DNA of 64,000 nucleotides, from NCBI GenBank assembly GCA_965116875.1, contig OZ220733.1, forward strand, positions 2,624,001 to 2,688,000. Reading direction: 5' to 3'. Position numbers and translations under genes: made by a program. Below are positions 27,486 through 37,658 of this stretch, in pieces. The notes below the pieces were generated by a model, which worked only from the letters and a program-made list of their open reading frames with translations, made no database searches and had not been told where the DNA came from. Each line of letters opens with the position of its first letter. Positions within the stretch are counted from its first letter, which is position 1. This DNA comes from Candidatus Latescibacterota bacterium (lineage in GTDB: Bacteria; Latescibacterota; UBA2968; GCA-2709665).

Positions 27486-30400
27486 CTATCCCCCACTCGA
27501 ACCGTCTGATGCATGCATGGGTGTGTGGACGGGCCCGCTGCCGGCATCCCCTGCTGTCCGCTGTTCCTGCGCCTTCTGCCGGCGGGATTCCCGATGGGTT
27601 TCGCTGTATCGATCCGGAATGACCAGTTCGTCGCCGAGATCGGGCGCATGAGGGGTCACCTTCCAGAAACTGGGGAGGAATTCTTCCCATCGGGCGACAA
27701 TGTCGCTCGCCCGGCGGCTGTTGGTCTTTTCGAGGTGTCTTCCGATCATCCTTTTGAGTTGCTCGACGTCGTCCGGCTCCCGGACACGTTCGATGCCGAC
27801 GAGTTGGGGGTTGTATCGGCTCTCAAACGATCCCTCTTCGTCCAGCACGTATGCGGTTCCACCGGTCATTCCGGCGCCGAAATTCCGCCCGGCACTCCCC
27901 AGAATAATCACCAACCCGGCGGTCATGTATTCGCACCCGTGGTCTCCCACGCCCTCCACGACCGTGCGACCGCCGCTGTTCCGTACACAGAATCTCTCCC
28001 CCGCCACGCCCGCCGCGTAGAGTACGCCTCCGGTGGCGCCGTACATGACGGTGTTCCCGACGATGGCATTTCGGTGGCTGGCAAACCCGGCGTTGCCCGG
28101 CGGCCGCACGATGAGTTCTCCGCCGTGCATGCCTTTGCCCACGTAATCATTGGCCTCGCCCGTGAGGACCAGCCGTAACCCGCGTATGCAGAATGCCCCG
28201 AAGCTCTGTCCCGCGCTGCCGCGAAACCGGCACTCGATCGTGCTGTCGAGCCCGCGGTCTCCGTAGTGAAACGCGATCTCTCCGGCAAGCTTGGCGCCGA
28301 CCGCACGCCGCGTATTCTGAATATCGTAACTGAGCGTAATCGAGCTGTCTTCCTTGATGGAATCCATGGCGTCCTGAAGCAGCAGGTCGTCAATCGATGC
28401 ATCGGGCCGGTCGTTTCGATCGCGGGTATGCAGCCGCGGACGGGTGCCGGCCGAATCCGGGTCGGACAACAGATCGCTCAGGTCGATCCCCCGCCACCGG
28501 TTTCTCTTCGGGTCGACCCTGGCTTCCAGAATCTCCGGGCGGCCGATCAGGCTATTCAGCGACGTGTATCCCAGACCCGCGATGACCTCGCGGACCTCCC
28601 CGGCGAGATTGGTAAAATATCGAATGACATTCTCGGGGGTGCCATTGAATTTCCCCCGCAATTCGGGCTTCTGCGTGGCCACGCCAACCGGACAGGTATT
28701 CAGGTGGCACTGCCGGGCCATCACGCATCCCATGGCGACAAGCGCCGCCGTGCCGAATCCGTACTCTTCGGCGCCCAGAGCAGCCGCGACCACCACGTCT
28801 CTGGCCGTCTTCAGACCCCCGTCCACGCGAAGCACAACCCGCCCGCGCAGATCGTTCATCACCAGCGTCTGCTGCACCTCCGCCAGGCCCAGTTCCCAGG
28901 GCCCCCCCGAATGTTTGATGGCGCCGAGGGGGGAAGCGCCGGTGCCGCCGTCGTGCCCGCTGATATGGACCACGTCCGCAAACCCTTTGACCACGCCTGC
29001 CGCGATTGTGCCGATGCCCGCGACCGACACCAGCTTGACACACACTTTTGCCCGGGGATTCACCCGTTTCAGGTCGTAGATCAGCTGTGCGATGTCTTCG
29101 ATACTGTAGATGTCGTGATGAGGCGGCGGCGAAATCAGCGTAACCCCGGGAACGGAGTGGCGGATCATCGCGATTTCAGCTGAGACCTTGTGACCTGGAA
29201 GCTGCCCCCCTTCGCCCGGTTTGGATCCCTGCGCCATCTTGATTTCCAGTTCCTTTGCCGACGCCAGGTACTCGGGTGTGACGCCGAATCTGCCGGAGGC
29301 CACCTGCTTGATGGCGCTGTTGGGCCAGTCGCCGTTGGGCATCCGTCGATACCGGGCCGGATCTTCGCCGCCCTCTCCGCTGTTACTCTTCGCGCCGATC
29401 CGGTTCAACGCGATGGCCAGCGTTTCGTGCGCTTCGCGTGACAACGCCCCGTGCGACATTGCCGAGGACACGAAGCGCCGGCAGATGGCCTCCGCCGGTT
29501 CCACGTCCTCAATGGGGACGGAGCGTGCTTCACGAAAGGTCATCAGATCCCGGAGTGTCGCGGCCGGCCGCCGCTCCACCAGCCTGGAGTACGCCTCAAA
29601 GTCCTGAAAATCTCCGGTCTTCGCCACGCTGTGGATCGCCTTGAAGACGGGAGGATTGAATGCATGATACTCGCCGTCCCTCCGGAACCGATAGATGCCC
29701 GCGTCTTTCATTGCGGGTGACGCCTCTGGCTGGAACGCCAGCTGATGCCTTTCAGCCGCGTCGTTGGCAATTTCCGCGAGTCCGATTCCGCCAACCTGAG
29801 ATACGGTACCCGGGAAATACCGGTCTACCACGTCCGGATGCAGGCCGACGGCGTCGAAAATCTGCGCCCCGCAATAGCTGCTGAGTGTGGATATCCCCAT
29901 TTTGCAGATCACCTTCAGGATACCCGCCTCCAACGCGCTCCTGTAGTTGTCCAGCGCTTTCGCGTAGGTGATTTCCCCTTCCAGCGCGCCGCTCAGGACA
30001 AGCTCGTAAAGGTTTTCGTAAATCAGATAGGGATTCACCGCGCTGGCGCCGTATCCGATCAGCGAGGCGATGTGGTGCACTTCCCTGGGCTCTCCCGACT
30101 CCACGATCAGGCTCGCCTGCATCCGCTTTCCGTTCCGGATGAGATGATGATGAACGGCGCCCACGGCCAGCAGCATGGGGATGGGCGCGTGGTTCGAATC
30201 CACCCCGCGATCGCTCAGTATCAACAGGGTTTTGCCGGACTCGACCGCGCGTAACGCGTGGTCGCACAATCTGTCCAACGCACCTTGGAGGCCGTCGATG
30301 CCTTCGGAAGCAACGAACAGCGCGGACAGTTTTTCGGCTTCGAACCCCGGCAACCCGGAACTGGAAAGCCGGCGGAATTCTGAATCCAGCAAGACAGGGG

Positions 30401-32099
30401 AAGGGATGCGGATCAGCCGCGCGTTCCCCGCCTTTTCTCTGAAGATATTCCTTCGACGCCCCAACAGGACGTCCAGCGACATCACCAGTTCTTCCCGCAA
30501 CGGGTCGATTGGCGGATTCGTGACCTGCGCGAAGCGCTGCGTAAAGAAATTGTATAGAATCTGGGGCCGATCGGACAACATAGCGAGAGGCGTATCGTCT
30601 CCCATGGATCCTACCGGTTCTTTGCCGTCGTTGGCCATGGGCACCAGCACGTACTCGATTTCATCGGCGGTGTATCCGAATGCCAGCCGCCTCCGCGCCA
30701 GGTCCGTCCGTTCTCCAGCAGGCGTGGGTTCATTGCGGGTTTCCGATTGTTCGAAGCAGACCAGATTGTCACTCACCCATCGCCGGTAGGGTCGGCGGGC
30801 AGCAAAATGGGACTTGATCTCGTCATTTTTCAGCAATACGCCCCTGCGCGTGTCCACCGCGATCATCTGCCCCGGCCCCAGGCGTCCCTTCTCCACGACG
30901 TGGCGGTCGTCAATCTCAAGCATACCGACTTCGGAACCCATGACGATCAGGCCGTTGTCCGTAATCTTGTAGCGTGCCGGCCGCAACCCGTTCCGGTCCA
31001 ACGTGGCGCCCACGACCGTGCCGTCACTGAACGCGACCGAGGCGGGCCCGTCCCAGGGCTCCATCAGGCAATTGTTGTATTCATAAAAGCCGCGCAGGTC
31101 CTCCGGCATGTCGGGTATCTCCCGATACGCCTCGGGGATCAGCATCATCATTGCGTGCATCGGATTCCGCCCTGCCACCACCAGCGCCTCAAATACGTTG
31201 TCGAGCATCGCCGAATCGCTCCGGGTCCCGTCGACAATGGGTTTGATCCGATCCAGATACCGCCCCCAGCCCCTGGACCTGAGTTCCGCCTCGCGCGCAT
31301 GCATCCAGTTCACGTTGCCCCGCAGGGTGTTGATTTCGCCGTTGTGCGCGAGATACCGAAGCGGCTGCGCCAGAAACCAGTCGGGCAACGTGTTGGTGCT
31401 GTAGCGCTGGTGAAAGACCGCCAGCGCGGTTTCGAAATCCGGATTCTGCAGGTCCCGGTAAAACCTCGCGAGCTGCGGCGCCACCATCATCCCCTTGTAG
31501 ACGATGGTTCGGTTGGACAGCGAGCAGATGTAGCAGCCCTCTATCCCGTGCCGACGCACGGATCTTTCCACCTGCCGTCGAACCAGGTACAGCGCCCGTT
31601 CGAACTCCGCATCGGACATCCGCTGTCCCCTGGCGAGAAGCACCTGCTGAATATCGGGCATCAACTCCGCGGCCCGGTCGCCGAGGACCGTCCGGTCAAC
31701 CGGCACCGGACGCCAGCCAATCAGTGTCAGCCCGTAGTGATCGGTCGCTTCGTCGACGATGATCCTGTACCTGTCGTTTGTTACCGTGTCCTGAGACACA
31801 AACAGCATGCCGATGGCCAGATCTTCGGCGCGGGGCGCGCGATAACCCAACCGTTCAGCCTCCCTCACGATCAACCGTCCGGGAATCTGGGTAAGCACAC
31901 CGGCGCCGTCGCCGGTCTTGGCATCCGCGTCCATCGCGCCCCGATGGGTCAGATTCGCCAGCCCCAGCACCGCCTGGCGCATGATTTCACTGTTCCGGTT
32001 GCCTCCGATATCCGCAACAAAACCCACACCGCATGCATCGTGCTCGAATTCGGGCCGGTACAGCCCGGTTTTGGTAGTTGCCTGCATTACTGCTTTCAT
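27486..32099 (-). CDS. gltB: Glutamate synthase large subunit
   Basis: EHDACGVGF, HQRYSTNT, HNGEINT, EPWDGP, SNSGEGGE, QGSKPGEGG, CVMARQCHLNTC, GXGXG domain. Confidence 0.97.
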   Translation of the reverse strand: MKAVMQATTKTGLYRPEFEHDACGVGFVADIGGNRNSEIMRQAVLGLANLTHRGAMDADAKTGDGAGVLTQIPGRLIVREAERLGYRAPRAEDLAIGMLFVSQDTVTNDRYRIIVDEATDHYGLTLIGWRPVPVDRTVLGDRAAELMPDIQQVLLARGQRMSDAEFERALYLVRRQVERSVRRHGIEGCYICSLSNRTIVYKGMMVAPQLARFYRDLQNPDFETALAVFHQRYSTNTLPDWFLAQPLRYLAHNGEINTLRGNVNWMHAREAELRSRGWGRYLDRIKPIVDGTRSDSAMLDNVFEALVVAGRNPMHAMMMLIPEAYREIPDMPEDLRGFYEYNNCLMEPWDGPASVAFSDGTVVGATLDRNGLRPARYKITDNGLIVMGSEVGMLEIDDRHVVEKGRLGPGQMIAVDTRRGVLLKNDEIKSHFAARRPYRRWVSDNLVCFEQSETRNEPTPAGERTDLARRRLAFGYTADEIEYVLVPMANDGKEPVGSMGDDTPLAMLSDRPQILYNFFTQRFAQVTNPPIDPLREELVMSLDVLLGRRRNIFREKAGNARLIRIPSPVLLDSEFRRLSSSGLPGFEAEKLSALFVASEGIDGLQGALDRLCDHALRAVESGKTLLILSDRGVDSNHAPIPMLLAVGAVHHHLIRNGKRMQASLIVESGEPREVHHIASLIGYGASAVNPYLIYENLYELVLSGALEGEITYAKALDNYRSALEAGILKVICKMGISTLSSYCGAQIFDAVGLHPDVVDRYFPGTVSQVGGIGLAEIANDAAERHQLAFQPEASPAMKDAGIYRFRRDGEYHAFNPPVFKAIHSVAKTGDFQDFEAYSRLVERRPAATLRDLMTFREARSVPIEDVEPAEAICRRFVSSAMSHGALSREAHETLAIALNRIGAKSNSGEGGEDPARYRRMPNGDWPNSAIKQVASGRFGVTPEYLASAKELEIKMAQGSKPGEGGQLPGHKVSAEIAMIRHSVPGVTLISPPPHHDIYSIEDIAQLIYDLKRVNPRAKVCVKLVSVAGIGTIAAGVVKGFADVVHISGHDGGTGASPLGAIKHSGGPWELGLAEVQQTLVMNDLRGRVVLRVDGGLKTARDVVVAAALGAEEYGFGTAALVAMGCVMARQCHLNTCPVGVATQKPELRGKFNGTPENVIRYFTNLAGEVREVIAGLGYTSLNSLIGRPEILEARVDPKRNRWRGIDLSDLLSDPDSAGTRPRLHTRDRNDRPDASIDDLLLQDAMDSIKEDSSITLSYDIQNTRRAVGAKLAGEIAFHYGDRGLDSTIECRFRGSAGQSFGAFCIRGLRLVLTGEANDYVGKGMHGGELIVRPPGNAGFASHRNAIVGNTVMYGATGGVLYAAGVAGERFCVRNSGGRTVVEGVGDHGCEYMTAGLVIILGSAGRNFGAGMTGGTAYVLDEEGSFESRYNPQLVGIERVREPDDVEQLKRMIGRHLEKTNSRRASDIVARWEEFLPSFWKVTPHAPDLGDELVIPDRYSETHRESRRQKAQEQRTAGDAGSGPVHTPMHASDGSSGG

Positions 32100-32156
32100 C
32101 CTTCCGTGTGAAATGTCATTTTAGGTCAAACCCTGGGGGAAAAGTCTCCTGAAGGC

Positions 32157-32370
32157 CGGTAGACGGTAGAGGGAAGACGGTAGAAGAAATGCGGGTAGAC
32201 GGTAGAGGTGAGACGGGAGAAGAAGCCCTTGCCGGTCTATTCTTCCGACTTGCCTGCGGCATAAGAAGAATCCCGTTTCGACATCCGATCTCTCCCCTCT
32301 CCCGTCTTCCTTCTCACCAGGTGGTGGGGCGGGTCGTGTTCCACTACCCTCTCCCGTCTTCCGTCTCCCC
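32157..32370 (+). repeat. ~210-bp intergenic element with heptamer-repeat arms, copy 1
   Basis: AGACGGT/AGACGGG arms and complementary CCGTCT arms; homologous to the reverse complement of 39651-39857, including exact 18-mer ACCAGGTGGTGGGGCGGG. Confidence 0.7.
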
Positions 32371-32392
32371 GCCTTTGGAGTTTTCCAAATTC

Positions 32393-32424
32393 AAAATGCC
32401 AGGATCGGCCGATCCTGGCATTTT
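32393..32424. terminator. Perfect 32-bp palindrome, probable terminator after ferredoxin
   Basis: AAAATGCCAGGATCGGCCGATCCTGGCATTTT. Confidence 0.7.
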
Positions 32425-32463
32425 CTCCAAGTCGTTATGCACGAGCGAAGAGGTTGATACGCC

Positions 32464-32727
32464 CTATTCGAAAGCCTTCGCGTTAATTTCGATATATTCC
32501 TTCCATTCGTCAGGTGTATCGTCTTCCTCAAAAATCGCCTCAACCGGGCACTCGGGCTCGCAGGCGCCGCAATCGATGCACTCATCCGGGTGGATGTAGA
32601 GCATCTGGCGTTGCTCGTCCTCGGGCAGATTGGTTGCATCGGGCTCGTAGATGCAGTCGACCGGGCAGACCTCCACACATGCCCTGTCCATGACGTCGAT
32701 GCATGGCTCGGCGATAATGTACGTCAT
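32464..32727 (-). CDS. Dicluster (7Fe-type) ferredoxin
   Basis: MTYIIAEPC..CVEVCPVDCI..CIDCGACEPECP. Confidence 0.93.
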   Translation of the reverse strand: MTYIIAEPCIDVMDRACVEVCPVDCIYEPDATNLPEDEQRQMLYIHPDECIDCGACEPECPVEAIFEEDDTPDEWKEYIEINAKAFE

Positions 32728-32921
32728 TCTCTTCACCCCTTTCCTTGAGTCGGCCTACAGGTCGATCTTGTACCATGGAATGCAGGTTCGTGAGACCGAA
32801 TCCGGTGAACAAAGACGGATATTGGTACCGCTCACGAAGTCCGCATCGCTACCCCGACGTCCCCGTACATCTCACTCGAAATATAGAACTTTCTTTCGGT
32901 TTGTCAAGCGTCAAAAAGCCA

Positions 32922-33085
32922 GGAAGCCGTCTTACAATACCCAGCGGTCTTCGCGCGGCTGCAAAAGCACCGGTCGGGGTTGGTCAAATCCACCCGTATA
33001 GACAAATGTGGGCGGATTTTTCCGTCTTGACCGCCGCTTTTTCGCTCGCGCTCGGGAACTCACCGGTAATTTTAAAGCGGCTTCT
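32922..33085 (+). mobile_element. MITE family 2, copy 1 (164 bp)
   Basis: Degenerate TIRs GGAAGCCGTCTTACAAT/ATTTTAAAGCGGCTTCT; inverted homolog at 59096-59259. Confidence 0.8.
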
Positions 33086-33665
33086 AACAATTCCCATTGA
33101 GACGCCGCAATAAATCAGCGACGCTTTCCTCGCTGCCTGAATCGACTTTCAGGGTGAAGCGATGTCTGGGGTCCGGATCGCGCTCGATGTTCATATCGGC
33201 GCCATGAAACAGCCTGTCGAGTATCCGGTCCAGCGCGGCCCGGAGCGCGGTATGGGTTTCTTCTGAATTCGGGGCGAGCAACCTGTCGTTCAAGGCAATG
33301 AGAACCTCATTCGTCCTGAATCTGGCGGCGCCGGCCAACAGGGAATCCCGTTCCAGCTTGCCGCAGGCCTTCAGCGCGGAAACGAATGCGGACTCCAACC
33401 GGTGGGCGAAGCTGCCCTCAGACGGCTGTTTGCGGTCGTACAGGAGACCGGCCTTCCCGTCCGTCCGGTCGATACTGTAGTTCGCCTCGTGTCCGACCAG
33501 CAGGGTCACCGGCCCGCGGTGCACGTGGCTGTAGTCCGCCACGTCGACGAGCACCTCGTCCGTGGTCTCGGGAATCCAGGTGTTGAAGACGCGGAACCAG
33601 GTTTCCGGCGCCACGTCCTCCCCGCGCTCGAGGTAGAATTTGATCTGAATTCGATACGCGTTCAT
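33084..33665 (-). CDS. Hypothetical protein directly downstream of the sulfite/nitrite reductase
   Basis: 193-aa ORF starting 3 bp after the reductase stop; LVDVADYSHVHRGP and NDRLLAPN look conserved. Confidence 0.75.
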   Translation of the reverse strand: MNAYRIQIKFYLERGEDVAPETWFRVFNTWIPETTDEVLVDVADYSHVHRGPVTLLVGHEANYSIDRTDGKAGLLYDRKQPSEGSFAHRLESAFVSALKACGKLERDSLLAGAARFRTNEVLIALNDRLLAPNSEETHTALRAALDRILDRLFHGADMNIERDPDPRHRFTLKVDSGSEESVADLLRRLNGNC

Positions 33666-33668
33666 AGT

Positions 33669-35924
33669 TCAGGAGCTTACGACGTTCATCCGGCCGTAGC
33701 AGGCGTACGCGGCTTCGATGAAGAGCTGTGTCTCCTCGATGAACCGGTGCGCCAGGTCTTCGTTGTAGGACTCGACGTTTCGCCTCTGGGCGTGGAAGAG
33801 ATAATTGGCGAACTTGCCGCGGGTTACCGGATTGTCGTGCAACAGGCCCGAGTCGACGATTCGGGTGCGGAATTCCGACACGATCGTATCCGGATCTTCC
33901 GGAACGTCCAGGAACTGTGTCTTTACCAGGGCCTTGGCGGCGTGTACCATCGCGCTGTACGCCTGTTTGTAGGCCGTTTCGTACTGGCCGCTTTCCAGAA
34001 GCACCTGGGCCTCGAAGGCCTCCCGCTCGCAACCGGACAGTTCGAACTGAACCAGCGGCACCACCTCGCCCGCGCACTCGCCCTTCCCCATGTCTCCGGT
34101 GGTGAATACCCGGCTGTCTCCCCAATCCATATAATAGGAGGAGTCGATCTCATAGGGCGGCACCTCGGTCAGGTCGTCCAGCATCCGTTTCACCTGCACC
34201 TTTCCGATACGCCGGATATACTCCTGAAAGCTCTCGTCCCCGGATCGACCCTGAATGTAGCTTTCGCTGATTCGCACGACGACGTCGGGGATCCGCCTGG
34301 ACGGGACTGCTCCCATCGCCAGTCCGAAGGACGCGGCGTTGCCGGTCCACTGGCCGCCGAGTACCACCTGAAAATGCGGCACCGTGTAACCGCCCACCTT
34401 GCGGCTGATTCCATAGAATCCCAGGTCCGCGACGTGGTGCTGCCCGCAGGAGTTGAAGCAGCCGCTGATCTTGATACGGAGGCCTTCCACGGAGGCGTCC
34501 ATTTCCAGGCCCTTTTCGGACAGGCGCGCGCGCATTTCGGCGGCCAGCCCGCGGGACGACGCAATGCCCAGCTTGCAGGTATCCGTTCCGGGGCATGCCG
34601 TCACGTCCACGATCGTCCCCGCGCCGGGTTCATTCAATCCGATCTGAGCCAGCGCGTTGTAGAGTTCGGGGAGGTCCGCCTCGCTCACCCAGCGCAGCAC
34701 GATGTTCTGTTCCACCGTGGCACGGATCGTATCGTTCACGAAGCGTCTTGAAATATCCGCGAGGGACCGGGTCTGATTGGACGTGAGGTCGCCGAGCGGC
34801 AGCGTCACCGTAACCACCGCGTAGCCGTCCTGGCGCTGGCGGTATACGTTGGTACGCGCCCACTCCTCGAAGCCGTCCGCGGCCGCGGCGCCGTTCAGCG
34901 GTTGTGCGATCTTCAGCGGTTTTTCATCATAGGCATGGAGGTCCGAAAGGAACGCCGTCCACTCGGGGTCGTCGGGCATCACCTTCCGTTCCTCGTCCAC
35001 CAGGCGCTTGAACTCCTCGAGGCCCAATCTGGCGATCAGGAACTTCAGCCGCGCGCGCGCCCGGTTCCGCTTCTCGCCGAGGCGGGCGAATACGCGGGAG
35101 ATCGCCTGGGACACCGGCAGGAGCTCCTCTTCCGGCAGGAATTCCTCGAACAACTTTGCCTGGTGCGGCACGGCGCCCAACCCGCCGCCAACGTAGAACA
35201 TGAACCCGCGTTTCTCCCTGCCGTCCACGGTCCTCGTAACCGCGATTGCGCCGATGTCGTGCATATTGACAAGCCCGCAGGCCTCGTGTTCGCATCCGGA
35301 GAAGGCGATCTTGAACTTCCGGCCGAAGTCCTGCGCGTCCTGGTGACCCAGCAGGAATCTTGAGCATGCCCGGGCATAGGGCGTTACGTCGAACGTCTCC
35401 GACCTGCACACCCCCGAGAGAGGACATGCCGTCACGTTTCGCACCGTATTGCCGCAGGCTTCGCGGGTTGTGATGCCCACCGACGCCAGGCGGTACATCA
35501 TGTCCGGCGTATCGTCGATATGCACGTAATGCAACTGAACGTCCTGGCGCGTCGTAATGTGCAGGATCGCATCGGAATACTCCTCCGCAACGTCAGCCAG
35601 CGTATCCAGCTGGTCCGCGGTCAGGCCCCCGAACGGAATCTTGATACGCTGCATCCCCGGCGCGTCCCACACCGTGTCGGGCCCCTTCACCAGGTCTCCG
35701 CTCGGGAAATCCAGATGCTGCGTATTGCTGCCGTCGAACCGTTTGCCGTTGTCGTAACGCTGCCCGTATACCCCCCGGCGCAGGCGGGTTTCGGCGAAAA
35801 CGGTATCTTCGATTTTTCCCTGTTTCCGCAGCTCGATCTGGGTGGAGAATATATCGACTTCCCGGCCCAGTTCATCGGGGATCTGATCCGCAAGAGCTTC
35901 TTTCCAGGTTGTTGATTCAGACAT
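33669..35924 (-). CDS. Ferredoxin-dependent nitrite/sulfite reductase (siroheme) with C-terminal HEPN-like helical domain
   Basis: RLRRGVYGQR, HITTRQDVQLH, RKFKIAFSGC, CPGTDTC and SGCFNSC cluster ligands. Confidence 0.9.
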   Translation of the reverse strand: MSESTTWKEALADQIPDELGREVDIFSTQIELRKQGKIEDTVFAETRLRRGVYGQRYDNGKRFDGSNTQHLDFPSGDLVKGPDTVWDAPGMQRIKIPFGGLTADQLDTLADVAEEYSDAILHITTRQDVQLHYVHIDDTPDMMYRLASVGITTREACGNTVRNVTACPLSGVCRSETFDVTPYARACSRFLLGHQDAQDFGRKFKIAFSGCEHEACGLVNMHDIGAIAVTRTVDGREKRGFMFYVGGGLGAVPHQAKLFEEFLPEEELLPVSQAISRVFARLGEKRNRARARLKFLIARLGLEEFKRLVDEERKVMPDDPEWTAFLSDLHAYDEKPLKIAQPLNGAAAADGFEEWARTNVYRQRQDGYAVVTVTLPLGDLTSNQTRSLADISRRFVNDTIRATVEQNIVLRWVSEADLPELYNALAQIGLNEPGAGTIVDVTACPGTDTCKLGIASSRGLAAEMRARLSEKGLEMDASVEGLRIKISGCFNSCGQHHVADLGFYGISRKVGGYTVPHFQVVLGGQWTGNAASFGLAMGAVPSRRIPDVVVRISESYIQGRSGDESFQEYIRRIGKVQVKRMLDDLTEVPPYEIDSSYYMDWGDSRVFTTGDMGKGECAGEVVPLVQFELSGCEREAFEAQVLLESGQYETAYKQAYSAMVHAAKALVKTQFLDVPEDPDTIVSEFRTRIVDSGLLHDNPVTRGKFANYLFHAQRRNVESYNEDLAHRFIEETQLFIEAAYACYGRMNVVSS

Positions 35925-36151
35925 GGCAGCGTCTCCCGGTTCCCATTTCCAAACGCGACGGCGTCGATCAGGCCGGTAATCTATTGAACTCATCCGGTGA
36001 AGTCAACGAATTTATCCGGAAACAGGTTTCTCCGGGTTCCGAACGTCAGGGTACACGCGTTCCCCCGGATGAAACCCGGTACAATCTGCAAATATGTAAA
36101 AAAAACACGCCACCTTTCGAGAAAACCGGATTTTCGCAATCAGGCTTCGGT

Positions 36152-36205
36152 TCAGGTCAGATCCATGAAAGGGTTGTATGCGATCTCCCAAAGGTATCCG
36201 TCCGG
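36152..36205 (-). pseudogene. 3' remnant of a VOC/glyoxalase-family gene
   Basis: PDGYLWEIAYNPFMDLT* matches the VOC C-terminal DPDGxxWE motif; upstream sequence is AT-rich and non-coding-like. Confidence 0.6.
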
Positions 36206-36302
36206 ACCGGTTCTGTGACGTGAATACAATTGTTGAGTATTATGATCAAGATACTCATAAATATGATGCGTTAAAGATAGGATGCCAGGTGCCTGTGTCA
36301 AC

Positions 36303-36329
36303 AAAAAAGAGAGACTATCGTGTCTCCCT
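36303..36329 (-). terminator. Intrinsic terminator after moaA
   Basis: AGGGAGAC-loop-GTCTCTCT followed by a T tract. Confidence 0.6.
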
Positions 36330-36400
36330 GCCGAATGAATCACCGCACTCCCGGTTGCAGTTTGCAGACGCGGCGCGTGAATCGTGCTTTCAAACGATGT

Positions 36401-37435
36401 TCAACCCCCGATCTGGTACATTTCCACCTTGGAAAAGGACGGCATTTCCGCGGTCTCGGCCGTCCTCAATTCGGAATAACGATCCTCCCGGCCCTCCCAG
36501 ATTTCCGAGATCGTCGCCAGAAGATCTTCATCCGTGGCCCCGTCGCGGAGGGGACCCCTGAGATCCACGCCGGTACCTGCAAACAGGCAGGTAAACACCT
36601 TGCCGTCCGTGGAAAGCCTCGCCCGCGTGCAGTCGCCGCAGAACGGTTGGGTAACGGAGGCGATGACGCCAATCTCCCCGCTCCCGTCGAGATATCGATA
36701 CCGCCGCGCGACCTCGCCCGGATAGTTCGGGGCCACTGCGGTCACCGGCATTTCCTCATGGATTCGTTTCACAATCTCGGCGGCGGGGACCACCTGATCC
36801 AGGCGCCAGCCGTTGCGGTTGCCCACGTCCATATACTCGATAAAGCGAACGATATGCCCCGTTCCGTGAAAATGCCTGGCAAGATCCACGACGGTATGGT
36901 CGTTCACCCCGCGCTGAACCACAGCGTTGATCTTCAGTGGAGCAAATCCCGCCGCTTCCGCCGAACGGATCCCCTCCAGCACCTGAGAGACCGGGTACCC
37001 TCGTCCGTTCAACCGTTCGAATACGTCCTCGTCCAGGGAATCCAGACTGACGGTTATCCTGTGCAGCCCGGCGCCCTTGAGTTTCCCGGCCATCCGCGGA
37101 AGCAGATACCCGTTGGTGGTAAGCGTGAGGTCTTCCACGCCGTCGATCGCCGTCAGGCGCCTGACCAGCGCCGGCAGTTCCCGCCTCAGCAGGGGCTCAC
37201 CGCCGGTGATCCGGACTTTGCGCACGCCCAGACCCACGAAAAGACGCGTGAGCCGTTGGATTTCCTCGAACGTCAATATTTCGGCCCTGGGCAGGAACGA
37301 ATAGTTCTCCCCGAAGACTTCGGCCGGCATACAGTACGGACACCGGAAATTGCATCGGTCCGTAACTGAAATCCGAAGATCCCTGAGCGGTCTGCCGAAT
37401 CTGTCTGTCGCCGCGTCCACCATGGGAACAGCCAC
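36401..37435 (-). CDS. moaA: GTP 3',8-cyclase
   Basis: [40 protein letters not shown]-terminal IGG. Confidence 0.97.
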   Translation of the reverse strand: MAVPMVDAATDRFGRPLRDLRISVTDRCNFRCPYCMPAEVFGENYSFLPRAEILTFEEIQRLTRLFVGLGVRKVRITGGEPLLRRELPALVRRLTAIDGVEDLTLTTNGYLLPRMAGKLKGAGLHRITVSLDSLDEDVFERLNGRGYPVSQVLEGIRSAEAAGFAPLKINAVVQRGVNDHTVVDLARHFHGTGHIVRFIEYMDVGNRNGWRLDQVVPAAEIVKRIHEEMPVTAVAPNYPGEVARRYRYLDGSGEIGVIASVTQPFCGDCTRARLSTDGKVFTCLFAGTGVDLRGPLRDGATDEDLLATISEIWEGREDRYSELRTAETAEMPSFSKVEMYQIGG

Positions 37436-37658
37436 TTCCTCATTTTCGCGTTTAACCTTGATTCCTCATTTTTCGAGGACGTTAATTCGAATATGTGTCA
37501 GTTAAAAAGGCGATTAAACTGCTGATTACCAGGATACACCAGGACACTGTACGTGAACGGAAAAAATGTCCTTCATGACGACCATTTCGGCCCGTTTCGA
37601 AAGGTTTCGTCGCGGTGCCGCGTTGCGGCTTTTGCGGAATTGAAGTTAATTCAACTAC

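Noticed and set aside
37436-37658. Moco riboswitch upstream of moaA, and SAM riboswitch upstream of the reductase
   Set aside because: No recognisable consensus elements by eye; an Rfam/Infernal scan would be needed to exclude them formally.
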